Assembly (NCBI GenBank): GCA_965242865.1
Contig: CBDETK010000013.1
Coordinates: forward strand, 1,088,001-1,152,000
Origin: Candidatus Latescibacterota bacterium
GTDB taxonomy: Bacteria > Latescibacterota > UBA2968 > UBA8231
DNA: 64,000 bases
Direction of reading: 5' to 3'
Part shown: piece after piece, positions 55,102 through 64,000 of the stretch
How positions within the stretch are numbered: position 1 is the stretch's first letter
Layout: each line of letters opens with the position of its first letter
Program-made: the position numbers and the translations under genes
The notes under the pieces: model-generated
Told to the model about the DNA's origin: nothing
Seen by the model: only the letters and a program-made list of their open reading frames with translations
Databases searched by the model: none

Positions 55102-55650
55102 TTAGAATATATCGTCGATCGGCAACGCAAAGCCCCGCAACGTCGGCGACTCCAACGTCTCTCCCTCTCCGTAGATACCTTCAACCGCAAAGCCGCGCTC
55201 GCCCAGCAACAGGACCGTTATGGTCTTTGCGTCCGTATCCACTATCCAGTACTCCCCCACGCCGTGCTCGGCATACAGCGCATACTTGAACGTCTTGTCG
55301 CGTTCCGCCGTTGAGGGCGACAGGATTTCGACGACCAAGTCCGGCGCACCCTGAATGTTCGCCGGCGTGATGATGGAGGCGCGGGCATTGGAGACGAAGA
55401 TCAGATCGGGCTGCACCACGTCAAAGTTCGACAGCACCACGTCAAAGGGCGCGGGATACACCTCTCCCAAGCGATTCTCAGCCACGAATTGAAGCAGTTT
55501 CCATCCGAGCCAGATGGAAACGCTCTGGTGACGTTCGCCCGGTGCAGGGATCATAACCAACGCTCCATCCAGCAACTCGTACCGCTCGTCTTCCGGCGTA
55601 TTCAGGTAATCTTGATAAGTAAACTTGATTGCGGGATTAAGAAGGCTCAT
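55102..55650 (-). CDS. Uma2-family endonuclease (copy 2)
   Basis: Near-identical tandem copy at a 603-bp period. Confidence 0.92.
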   Translation of the reverse strand: MSLLNPAIKFTYQDYLNTPEDERYELLDGALVMIPAPGERHQSVSIWLGWKLLQFVAENRLGEVYPAPFDVVLSNFDVVQPDLIFVSNARASIITPANIQGAPDLVVEILSPSTAERDKTFKYALYAEHGVGEYWIVDTDAKTITVLLLGERGFAVEGIYGEGETLESPTLRGFALPIDDIF

Positions 55651-55678
55651 GGTTGCTGTCCTCTCTGGTGATGGATGC

Positions 55679-56575
55679 TCAGAACTGGTACTTCAGGCTG
55701 AGGTTCGCTCCCCAGAAGTGGGTGTCGTCCATCGTCACGATATATAAAACCGGTTCGCCCCGGCCGACCGTAGATTCATGGCTGCGGAGTTGGTTCCACT
55801 CCATTTCTTCGCTCTCGAACTCTTCAAACCCATCCACCCAGCGCACCCCCACGTCCAGCGCGACTCGGTCGCCGAGCGGACAGTTCACCCCGGCCAACAC
55901 CTGATAGCCAACGATCCGGTCGCGCAGCCGCGCCGCGCCGATGGTGGTCGAACCCGCGACTTTCGCTTTCAGGATCTCGTCTTCAAACGTCTTGATCCGG
56001 GCGGGATCGTCGTTCCGCTTCCAATGCGTGAAGTAGTAGATCGACGCGCTCGTCAACCCGGCTCCAGCCCCCACGTAAGGCGCGAAGGACGACCCCACAG
56101 CAAAGTCGTAATACAGGTTGGCGAAAACGTTGTGCGCCTGCAGGTCGTCGAGGCCGCCGACGGCCAACTCAATCTCCTGCTCCTGTTTTTCGAGGGTTAC
56201 GTCGTCGCCGATGTTTACGTCGGTTAGATGGTCATAGATCGTGGTTCGATGGAAGTACTCGCCCTCGATTCTGAGCGGCCCCCAAGCATATCCGAGGGCG
56301 AGCCCCGAGCGAATACCCGTGCCGCCGCCGAGGGCCTGCGTCCACGCCGATGGCCCCGGCACCGTATCGCATTCGTTGGTGACCTCCAACCCGTCTGGGT
56401 TGATGATCCGGTCGCACTTGGTGCTCCAGTCGTTGTCGTGGCCTGCTATGTCCATGTCCGGGGCCACGGCCACGCCCCAATCCATCTTGAGGTACAGTCC
56501 GTCCTCCGCTAAGACTGGGCCGAAGAAACCCAACAAAGCGGTCGAGACCATCCACGATAAAATGCTCTTAGACAT
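55679..56575 (-). CDS. Outer-membrane beta-barrel protein (opacity/OmpA-like) with long loops
   Basis: Signal peptide; ALGY, RIEGEY, ANLYYDF, PYVGAGAG, YQVLAG; terminal YQF. Confidence 0.8.
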   Translation of the reverse strand: MSKSILSWMVSTALLGFFGPVLAEDGLYLKMDWGVAVAPDMDIAGHDNDWSTKCDRIINPDGLEVTNECDTVPGPSAWTQALGGGTGIRSGLALGYAWGPLRIEGEYFHRTTIYDHLTDVNIGDDVTLEKQEQEIELAVGGLDDLQAHNVFANLYYDFAVGSSFAPYVGAGAGLTSASIYYFTHWKRNDDPARIKTFEDEILKAKVAGSTTIGAARLRDRIVGYQVLAGVNCPLGDRVALDVGVRWVDGFEEFESEEMEWNQLRSHESTVGRGEPVLYIVTMDDTHFWGANLSLKYQF

Positions 56576-56658
56576 CGCGCTTCCTTTCGTATAAGGATGA
56601 GAGATTTGAGGTGCCTCGTGGGGAAAAAGGCCCAAATAAACGGCACCGTAAAAATTAC

Positions 56659-57446
56659 TTATTGGGTATCCAGCGATTGAACATACGCTCCTAAACTCGC
56701 CAACTCTTCATTTGTAATGTCCTCGTCGGCCAAGCGAGGCATGTTGGTCCCCGGCTGGCCAAAGCGGACTTTGTGCTGAAACTCCCACGGATTCTCATTG
56801 GCAAGTATTTGCGGGAATTCATCGTAATCGGGCGAGGCCCCCGGCTGCCCCGGTATGGCATCAGACGGCTTCGTCCATCCGTCTGCGCCGTGACAGGATG
56901 CACACGCCTGATCGTATTGCATCTCGCCCCCTTCGCCACTGCTCGTAAACGCGCCCTCTGGATCGATGATCCGCTCGGTATCAATCGCGCCTTCAAGGAC
57001 GAACTTGGTTAGGTCCCAAAGCGCGGCATCACTCAAGCCGAGCGAGCCAAACGCATGATCGTCTTTGAGCAGGTCAAAACAAAAATCGCTTGCGGTGATT
57101 TAGTGGCTTCCAAGATGCCGGGAAATCCGGTCCGGTGACTGCCCGCGCCGTACAGCCCACTCACCCCTTTGTAATCCCAGCCGTGGCATTCCTTGCACCG
57201 ATGGGTGTCAGCACCTGTGCGGTCGTTAGACGTTTGATCGGGGCGTTGTGCCCACAGTGGGTGATCTTTGCTCGGTTCGCCGACGCCTGCAACCACCCAC
57301 CACTTATCGTACATTGCACCGCCATCTACGAGGTTGGCCTGGGTAAACTCCTTTGGCTGTGTAGATTCATTAGGCGAACTGGAACAGCCAATCGCCACGA
57401 GCGGCGCGATAAAGAAGATTGCAACCTTCATGATTCTGAACCTCAT
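56659..57446 (-). pseudogene. Di-haem cytochrome c lipoprotein split by a frameshift
   Basis: CKECH in ORF 57033..57446 and CASCH...M in ORF 56659..57036; removing the duplicated CAAAA at 57075-84 joins them (AIFDLLKDDHAFGSLGLSDAALWD). Confidence 0.8.
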
Positions 57447-57534
57447 TTAATAGGGAAATAGGGACAAAATACTCGGGCCGGGCCGCGTCAAAGTACGGGC
57501 TCCACTGTCTCGGCCCAAATTAAAGAGAAGATAT

Positions 57535-57903
57535 AGTTGCGGCAATCCCCAGTACGGGCCGAGCACCACCGGGCGCCGGGGGTGGCCGGGCTTTGGGGCC
57601 ATAGGCGAGCCGGGGCCGCTGGGCGATTCGTGGAAGCTGTTCCACGAGCCCGTCGCGCTGGCCGAGGAGCTGGTCGCGCTGGGTTATAGCGGGTTAAAGG
57701 TCTGGCCGTTTGACCAAGCGGCCCGCGAGTACGGGCCGGCGCACATTCCGCACCGCGCTATTGAGGCCGGCGTCCAGCCCTTGTGTGCGATTCGCGACAA
57801 AGACGGATACGTGAGCCTACCCCAAGGCAGCGGCTTGGGGGTCCGGCTAAATCCCGATTTGTTCAAGCCGGGACGACCGGGCTATCGGATTTCGAAGCGT
57901 TGA
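57535..57903 (+). pseudogene. Enolase-superfamily (dehydratase-like) remnant, 5'-truncated and internally deleted
   Basis: Frame with no evident start: SCGNP...LAEELVALGYSGLKVWPFD...AIRD|KDGYVSLPQGSGLGVRLN...*; barrel metal ligands absent. Confidence 0.7.
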
Positions 57904-57909
57904 GGGGCG

Positions 57910-58515
57910 TTAGGGTTTGGGTAGCGAGGAAGCAGAGGGGTGTGCGAGGATGCGGATTTCGCGCACAAACTTGTCGAATGAAGGGGCCTGCTGCGCTTTC
58001 TTCAAATCAATCTTGCTCGCAAATGCCGCTTGGTCAATGGTCTCGCGATACGTCGAACCCGTAGGCATATTGCTCGAGAGCCAACCTTTCGCGTCTCGAA
58101 TGCGTTCGGCATTTGCGGGTGCTACGAGGCGGTCGGAAAGCCCCCTATAGCCGGCCAGCGAATCGGCGGCCGCAACAAACCACGACTCAAACTCGCTTTT
58201 TGCAACGACGACCGAGATGCGTCTATCAGAGCGGCTTTCGGCGGCCCGGGTCGCCATAGCAGGAGCCAATTCCGCCGGACAGTCGTCGTCGGCATCGACC
58301 AGCACGACAATCCCGTCTGTCGCGGAGATGCGTCTCGCCGCTAAATTGACGGCTCTTTCCAACTCGCCCGGCTTGAGCAGTTTGCCCTTTGGTACGCGAA
58401 TGGGACGCTCTATCCCAACGTCATAGCACTGCAATTGCTCGTGCAAAACCCGGCGCAATAGAACCCGCATTGCTGCGACATCGCCGTAGCCTTCTACTAT
58501 GGCGATAAATTTCAC
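57910..58515 (-). CDS. DUF4276-family TOPRIM-fold protein
   Basis: IVEGYGD, VDADDDCP, EFESWF, YRETIDQ, PSF. Confidence 0.85.
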   Translation of the reverse strand: MKFIAIVEGYGDVAAMRVLLRRVLHEQLQCYDVGIERPIRVPKGKLLKPGELERAVNLAARRISATDGIVVLVDADDDCPAELAPAMATRAAESRSDRRISVVVAKSEFESWFVAAADSLAGYRGLSDRLVAPANAERIRDAKGWLSSNMPTGSTYRETIDQAAFASKIDLKKAQQAPSFDKFVREIRILAHPSASSLPKP

Positions 58516-59705
58516 GGCTCCAACCCGAATAGCTTCAATTGTTTAATGCCGAGTTGGGTCGCTTGGGGATCCGGCCTCAGCTGGTCCATGCGGAGTAGCT
58601 CGCCAGCGGTATATAGGTGTTCGCGCAACGCCGATTGCCCCGCTTCGTCCAAGAGGCCAATTTTTGTATCGCCATCCTCGGAGACGACGGCTTGTATGGC
58701 ACTGTCGGGTAGTCCTGCATCATCGAGCAGATCCGGGCTGTGGCTGGTAATGAGCACTTGTCGGTGCTCGCTCGCGTCGCGCAGACTATCTGTCAAAACG
58801 CCGGCCGCGGCTGGATGCAGGGCGACTTCGGGTTCCTCAATGGCCACCAGCCCTGCGGGGGCTTGGAACAAGGCCACGAGTACGCCGAGAGCACGCAGGG
58901 TGCCGTCTGACATATTGGTCGCGAGGAAGCGCCAAGGATGCGGAGCACCCCGGACAGCCTGCTTAAATTCGAGCATTGTGCGCGGGCCAACGGCCTTGGA
59001 GTCCACCGCGTGGACGCCCGGCACGACCGTTGCGAGGTACTCCTCCACGCGGCGCTTCACCGTGGGGGCGCGGTCCTTGAGTGTGGCGAGAACGCTGGCC
59101 ATGTTCGAGCCATCGCGGTTGAGTAGTTCGCCCGGATCGGGCGGCTGCGGCTCGCGGATGCGTTCGGGATTCAGATTGTAGAACCCCATCGAAATGAGGG
59201 CGTCGTACAAGGGGCGAAACGCCTCCGTGCCAGAAACGTTGACTAGAAAGAGGCGGTCCTTGGGAATGGCGGGGACGGGTTGAATACTGACGCGCTCAAG
59301 TGCGCCGTCTTTTATTCGGTAGTAGGCTTTGCCCTCCCCATCCGTCCCCGGGTAAATGGCGCATTCCTCTTTGGCAACCAGATAAGCCCCTCGTTTCGCA
59401 CCAATTCTGAAGGCGTAGTGGCCAAATCGGCCTTTAGACAACTGGAACTCAATGCGAATGGCAAAATGCGTGGGATGCCCGCTCGACCGCCGGCGCACCT
59501 CGCCAATACCGCCGCGGTCGCGAAGGGCGTGGTCCAGCGAATGGCGGAGCGCGTCGGCGATGAAGCAGAGCGCATCCACGAAATTGCTCTTGCCGCTGCC
59601 GTTGGGGCCGACGAGGATCGCCAGCGGACCGAGGCTCACATCGCACGCGCCAATGCTTTTGTAATTGCGGATAACTACGCGGGTTATTAGACGGGCATCT
59701 GACAT
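58512..59705 (-). CDS. AAA_21/ABC-type ATPase
   Basis: NYKSI, GPNGSGKSN, MSDGTLR, IEEPE..LHP, TSHSPDLL. Confidence 0.9.
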   Translation of the reverse strand: MSDARLITRVVIRNYKSIGACDVSLGPLAILVGPNGSGKSNFVDALCFIADALRHSLDHALRDRGGIGEVRRRSSGHPTHFAIRIEFQLSKGRFGHYAFRIGAKRGAYLVAKEECAIYPGTDGEGKAYYRIKDGALERVSIQPVPAIPKDRLFLVNVSGTEAFRPLYDALISMGFYNLNPERIREPQPPDPGELLNRDGSNMASVLATLKDRAPTVKRRVEEYLATVVPGVHAVDSKAVGPRTMLEFKQAVRGAPHPWRFLATNMSDGTLRALGVLVALFQAPAGLVAIEEPEVALHPAAAGVLTDSLRDASEHRQVLITSHSPDLLDDAGLPDSAIQAVVSEDGDTKIGLLDEAGQSALREHLYTAGELLRMDQLRPDPQATQLGIKQLKLFGLEP

Positions 59706-59908
59706 GGCTGGCAATGGATCGGATCCGTCAAGCTGCACTCAATGAGAATCGCTGGATACAGGACAGCTTTCTCCTTTAGGGACACAAGATAGCCTTGCCC
59801 TAGGAAATCCGCTAATCCGGCTATGTTAAGGTTGCGGCTTAGACGTTACCGTTGTAAAGATAAAGGCGTCTCTAGAGGTCCAATCACCCCGCCACAAAGG
59901 AGCTTCAG

Positions 59909-61132
59909 ATGAAAATCGCCCACATCGAGCAAATCCCCATCGCCATGCCCCTAGCCCAGCGCTATGACAACCACGCCGGTCGCATGCGCATGTACGACAT
60001 GGACCAACACCTAGTGGTTAAAGTTCATGGCGACAACGGGTTAGTCGGCTACGGTGACTACGAGGACAATCCCAATCCCATCCCCCAAGCCGCGATTGAC
60101 GCGCTCATCGGCACCAGCCCTTTCGACTATTTGCTCAACAATTTCCACCTCGCCTTGGGCATGGCGCTCTACGACCTGATGGGCAAGTACTTGGGCGTAC
60201 CCGCGTACAAGCTAATGGGGCAAAAAGTGCGCGACGCCGTCCCCTGCGCCGCTTGGACCCGCCCCTGTCCCCCCGACGTCTTTGCCGGCGAAATCCAGCG
60301 CGCGGTCGCGGAGGGCTACCGCGTCTTCAAAATGCACTCGGACGCCCGCTACGACGTCATCGAGCAAACCCGAGCGGCGGAAAAAGTGGCGCCGCCCGGC
60401 TTCAAATTGCACTGGGATCTCAACCACAACCGCACGCTGGGCACGGTCCTGCCCATCGTCGCCGAGTTGGAAAAATCCCCGATCGTCGGATTTATCGAAG
60501 ACCCGCTGGTGTGGAGTGATATCGATGGCTGGCGCACCCTGCGCGAGAAGACCAAAATCCCCCTCGTCATGCACGTCCCCCAACTGGGCGGCATCCAAGA
60601 AGTAATCCGCGGCGTCGCCGATATTTACATGATTGGCGGGCGCATTGGCGACACCCTGACCTCGGGTTTTGCCTACGGCAAGGCCAATGTCCAGTGCCTA
60701 ATCCAGCAATGCGGCAATACCCTGATGAAGGCCCTCACCCTGCACCAAGCGGCCGTCCTGCCCACGGCTTCGGCCCATACCATCACCCTAGACGACCAGT
60801 TCGAGTCCGATATTGCCGAAAAAATTCCGGTCGTTGAGGGCTTTTCGCCCGTCCCCGAAGGCCCGGGGCTGGGCGTGGAAGTACGAGAAGAAGCCCTGGC
60901 CCAAGCCGCGGCCCGCGCCCACCTGCCCAGCTACGCTTACATCGGCGTGCTGCACTTTGCCGGCGGCCATAAAGCCTACAGCTTGGGCCGCCCCAACATC
61001 CACCGCTTGACCGGCACCGAAGAGGGCCGCCTCGAGGGCCTCAACTTTGAGTACTGGACCGACGACGGCTCAGCCGAATACGCCCGCGTTCTCAAGCGCT
61101 TGCAGGAGGAAGGGCCGTTTATCGAGGGCTAG
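59909..61132 (+). CDS. Mandelate racemase/muconate lactonizing enzyme family
   Basis: GYGD, ALYDLMGK.LGVP, FKMH, WDLN, IEDP, PEGPGLGV; AAGGAG RBS. Confidence 0.88.
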   Translation: MKIAHIEQIPIAMPLAQRYDNHAGRMRMYDMDQHLVVKVHGDNGLVGYGDYEDNPNPIPQAAIDALIGTSPFDYLLNNFHLALGMALYDLMGKYLGVPAYKLMGQKVRDAVPCAAWTRPCPPDVFAGEIQRAVAEGYRVFKMHSDARYDVIEQTRAAEKVAPPGFKLHWDLNHNRTLGTVLPIVAELEKSPIVGFIEDPLVWSDIDGWRTLREKTKIPLVMHVPQLGGIQEVIRGVADIYMIGGRIGDTLTSGFAYGKANVQCLIQQCGNTLMKALTLHQAAVLPTASAHTITLDDQFESDIAEKIPVVEGFSPVPEGPGLGVEVREEALAQAAARAHLPSYAYIGVLHFAGGHKAYSLGRPNIHRLTGTEEGRLEGLNFEYWTDDGSAEYARVLKRLQEEGPFIEG

Positions 61133-61239
61133 GAATGCACACATCGCAATGAAGCGGAACAGGCGGCGATTTTCGCCAGTTGCTGGTGGGATTTGCGTTG
61201 CTTGGCCGAATGTTGCGTTAGGAAGCAAAATTCCGTCGT

Positions 61240-61893
61240 TCAATACCCAGATACGCCGGTTTTTTCTCCGATCCAATCGATCATGTCACAGAACGTCGGG
61301 CACTGTTGCGCCACCTGTTGCAAGTCTGCATCTCTGAGAATGGCAGCACTATCTATAATTTCGCGATAGGGCCGATTGAGATGCCTCCGAAAGAGCTCTT
61401 CGACAACTTTCTTCGGCGGTCTGTCTTGATTCTGCTTTTCTGGAGGCTGCCGCCAGCCGCTGGGCCTGATCTTGAGGCGGGACTGAAGTTGACTCGTCGC
61501 GGCAAGGAGCAGCACTTCCAAGTCGTGCTTCAACGCGCTGGCATAAAAACGCGCCATGTACCTGTCCGTTTGCCGGCCCTTTTTCCGCAAGTTCTGCTTC
61601 ACCAAGCGCGTTTGTACGGCTTGTAGTCCTGCTAAATTGTCGTGCCTGTACTCGGTATTCGCATAATCTCGGTTTGGATAGAGATCGGGTAAGCCAACGA
61701 CGAGGTCGTGCGGATCGTTTGCCAACTTTTCGACTGCTCGGGGTCCAATGTTTCTGAAGTATTTGGACTTGTTTTCAAGAGGTATTAGCTGAATGCCCCA
61801 GCCTTCCTTTGAAAGCCGCTGCTTCCAACCATTCCACAAGGCCGACAGGGCCTGAACGTCCGAGCGTCCTTCCACAAAAATCCACACCTTCAT
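61240..61893 (-). CDS. DUF4276-family TOPRIM-fold protein
   Basis: FVEGRSD, PDLYP, HDLEVLLLA, PE..N...PP, CPTF. Confidence 0.75.
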   Translation of the reverse strand: MKVWIFVEGRSDVQALSALWNGWKQRLSKEGWGIQLIPLENKSKYFRNIGPRAVEKLANDPHDLVVGLPDLYPNRDYANTEYRHDNLAGLQAVQTRLVKQNLRKKGRQTDRYMARFYASALKHDLEVLLLAATSQLQSRLKIRPSGWRQPPEKQNQDRPPKKVVEELFRRHLNRPYREIIDSAAILRDADLQQVAQQCPTFCDMIDWIGEKTGVSGY

Positions 61894-63245
61894 GCGCCGG
61901 CCTCCAACTCGCCAGAGCGGTGCAGGTCGCCCAAGGTGCCGGTTGCAACTTCCCCGAGCATTTGCACGAGCGTCCGGCGGTTCGCGGGACGATGCCACGC
62001 AACTTTCGCGTCATCTGCACTACGCGCCATCACGGCCACATCGGCTATGTCGAAGCAGTTGAGCAGGTCTGGGCTGTGCGTCGTCACCAGCACTTGGGTG
62101 CGCTCGGCCGCGGCCTTGATCATCTCGGCGACAATCGGCAACAGCCCGGGATGCAGGCCCAGTTCGGGTTCGTCAATGGCGATCAGCGGTGGTGGAAGCG
62201 GGTTTAACAGCGCCGTCGCCAAGCACAAGAAGCGCAACATGCCGTCCGACAGCTCCCACATCTCCATAGAGCGAGACATGCCTTGCTCGCGCACCCGGAC
62301 GAGCACTTGCGGCGGCGTTCCGTACGTGGTATCGCAGTGAATTTCCTCGAAGGTGGGATACGCCACGCGCAAAAAGTCGCGCAATTCCTCTGCTGCGGGC
62401 CGGAAATCGTAGCGGGTCAGGATTTCGTGCAGCACGGTCCCCAAATCGTCGCCATTGGACGATAAGGTCGTATCCGGCCTGATCTCAGCGGCTTTGGTGC
62501 GGAGCGCAGAAGACCGCGTCACATCGAACCCCGGATAGCACATTATGTTCGCGAATAAAACGCGTACCCAAGAAGGAACGGGAAACTCGTTGAAGAAGCG
62601 GATTTGCGAAAGCAGTAGCGCGGCCTCTTGTTGTGCGCCCGCCCGCCCGCTTCCCGAGGGGACAGCTTCGCGGACGACAGCGGCAGATTGCGCTTCATCA
62701 AACGGTATTAAGCGAAGCTGTTGGGTGTCAAAGATGCGTCGCTGATACGGGGTTGCCTCTAGATACTTGAGCGGTTCTTCAGGCACTAAATTTTCATATT
62801 CGACAGCACCTATAATTACGTCTTCTGGGATTGCCTCCAGAAACTTGAGCGATCCTTCAGATACTTCAGATACTGGCTTTTGCGTTCTCAGAACCTCGTA
62901 TTGCGAGTGCATCTGGCCCTGTGCATCGGCTTGCAGCACGACCTCGTACACAAGGGCCTCTCCCGCCGTTAGTGGAAAACCATCCCATGCAGGGGGCTTG
63001 CGAAAGGTGACGCTCCAAGCCAATTGCCCATTCCCGTTCCCGGCCGTCAGCAAAGACGCCGCCCCATGATGCCACCCCAGCGCGGTATTGAGCGGAAACT
63101 CGCAACACTCGCCAATCAGTTGCAGGCCATCGATCAGCGTACTCTTGCCAACCGCATTGGCGCCGATCACCACGGTCAGCGGCTTAAAGTCGGCCTTAAA
63201 CCCATCGAGAAGCCGGTAGCCCCCGATCTCAATGTGCGTAATCAT
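61890..63245 (-). CDS. AAA_21/ABC-type ATPase
   Basis: GANAVGKS, LSDGMLR, IDEPELGLHP, TTHSPDLL. Confidence 0.9.
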   Translation of the reverse strand: MITHIEIGGYRLLDGFKADFKPLTVVIGANAVGKSTLIDGLQLIGECCEFPLNTALGWHHGAASLLTAGNGNGQLAWSVTFRKPPAWDGFPLTAGEALVYEVVLQADAQGQMHSQYEVLRTQKPVSEVSEGSLKFLEAIPEDVIIGAVEYENLVPEEPLKYLEATPYQRRIFDTQQLRLIPFDEAQSAAVVREAVPSGSGRAGAQQEAALLLSQIRFFNEFPVPSWVRVLFANIMCYPGFDVTRSSALRTKAAEIRPDTTLSSNGDDLGTVLHEILTRYDFRPAAEELRDFLRVAYPTFEEIHCDTTYGTPPQVLVRVREQGMSRSMEMWELSDGMLRFLCLATALLNPLPPPLIAIDEPELGLHPGLLPIVAEMIKAAAERTQVLVTTHSPDLLNCFDIADVAVMARSADDAKVAWHRPANRRTLVQMLGEVATGTLGDLHRSGELEAGA

Positions 63246-63265
63246 CTTTCGCTCCAATCGCCGAC

Positions 63266-64000
63266 CTAGGCCGGCCCCCGATACCAGTCCCGCAACGCCG
63301 GATACAGCACCCGATAACGCTCAAAAGCCCGCTGGTACTCTGCGGCCCGCGCCCGGTCGCAGCGCACCGTCTCGGCCAACTTGACCGTGCGCTGGCAGGC
63401 GGTGGCAAAATCCGCGTAGAGGCCGCTGCCGACGCCCGCCAACATGGCCGCTCCTACCGCCGACAGATCGTCGGTCGCGATTCGCACCACGTCGCGCCCC
63501 AAAATATCGGCCTGAATCTGCCGCCACACCTCCGAGTGCGAGCCTCCCTCGCCGATGCGCAGCTCGTCGATGGGCAAGCCGATTTCGGCAAAGCAGTCGA
63601 GCGAGTGCCGCAAGTCAAAGACGACCCCCTCCAGCACGGCCCGCACCAAATGCCCCTTTGTGTGCCCCAGCGACAGCCCGACAAAACCGCCGCGAGCGCG
63701 GGCGTCGGGCCGCGGCGTGGCCCTTCCTTCGAGCCACGGCATAAAAAACACGCCCTCGGCCCCGGCCGGCACGGCAGCCGCGGCTGCCGTCAACTCGTCG
63801 TACCGGCCTCCGAACTCCTCCTTGAACCACTTGAGCGAGGCCCCTCCAGTAAACGAGCATCCCAGCCAAGCGTACTTGCCCGGGATGGGATGGCACATCG
63901 GCCAGAGCTGGTCAAAGGCCCGCGGATCCAGCGTCTCGGCAAAAGCCGTGGCGTGTGCGGCCGTGCCAATGCCCAAGCCGATAACGCCCGGCTCAATGAC
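63266..64000 (-). CDS. FGGY-family carbohydrate kinase (xylulokinase-like), 5' part outside the window
   Basis: GIGT, GASLKWF, PWLEGRATP, RAVLEG, GGSHSEVWRQIQAD, GAAMLAG. Confidence 0.88.
   Translation of the reverse strand, partial: VIEPGVIGLGIGTAAHATAFAETLDPRAFDQLWPMCHPIPGKYAWLGCSFTGGASLKWFKEEFGGRYDELTAAAAAVPAGAEGVFFMPWLEGRATPRPDARARGGFVGLSLGHTKGHLVRAVLEGVVFDLRHSLDCFAEIGLPIDELRIGEGGSHSEVWRQIQADILGRDVVRIATDDLSAVGAAMLAGVGSGLYADFATACQRTVKLAETVRCDRARAAEYQRAFERYRVLYPALRDWYRGPA

Noticed and set aside
35119-55666. Integrase- or tRNA-anchored genomic island, or prophage
   Set aside because: No integrase, tRNA or phage structural gene recognised in the window.

Overview
GC-rich bacterial window of two parts. 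The backbone is mostly sugar and sugar-acid catabolism and transport: epimerase, dehydrogenases, PfkB/GHMP/FGGY kinases, enolase-superfamily enzymes, amidohydrolases, a TonB receptor and a Na+/solute symporter. Interspersed are internalin-type LRR lipoproteins, Rpn, Uma2 and AAA_21+DUF4276 modules. That mix resembles marine or sponge-associated uncultured bacteria (inference only). The core is a visibly AT-richer defence island at ~35.1-55.7 kb. It holds two different ubiquitin-like conjugation operons back to back: a Bub-like operon on the minus strand (multi-Ubl, Cys-free E2, JAB-E1 fusion, DUF6527) and a Bil/ISG15-like operon on the plus strand (Ubl, E2, JAB, E1). An EcoAI-like type I R-M system and tandem Uma2 genes follow. 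The best candidate for a new system lies just upstream of the Bil genes: a sigma-factor-like gene, an HTH/possible anti-sigma gene and an IrrE-peptidase-UvrD-helicase-nuclease-fold fusion. The same bipartite motif, TTTCCG-N17-CGATTA, precedes both the sigma gene and bilA. Features missed by the ORF track include a bicupin at the left edge, a PRTase remnant before dprA, a diverged hsdR fragment at the island edge, an internal Rpn start, a cytochrome c broken by a 5-bp duplication, an internally deleted enolase pseudogene and a TA-flanked MITE-like element. No rRNA, tRNA, CRISPR array or integrase was recognised. All family calls come from motifs read by eye, not from database searches.
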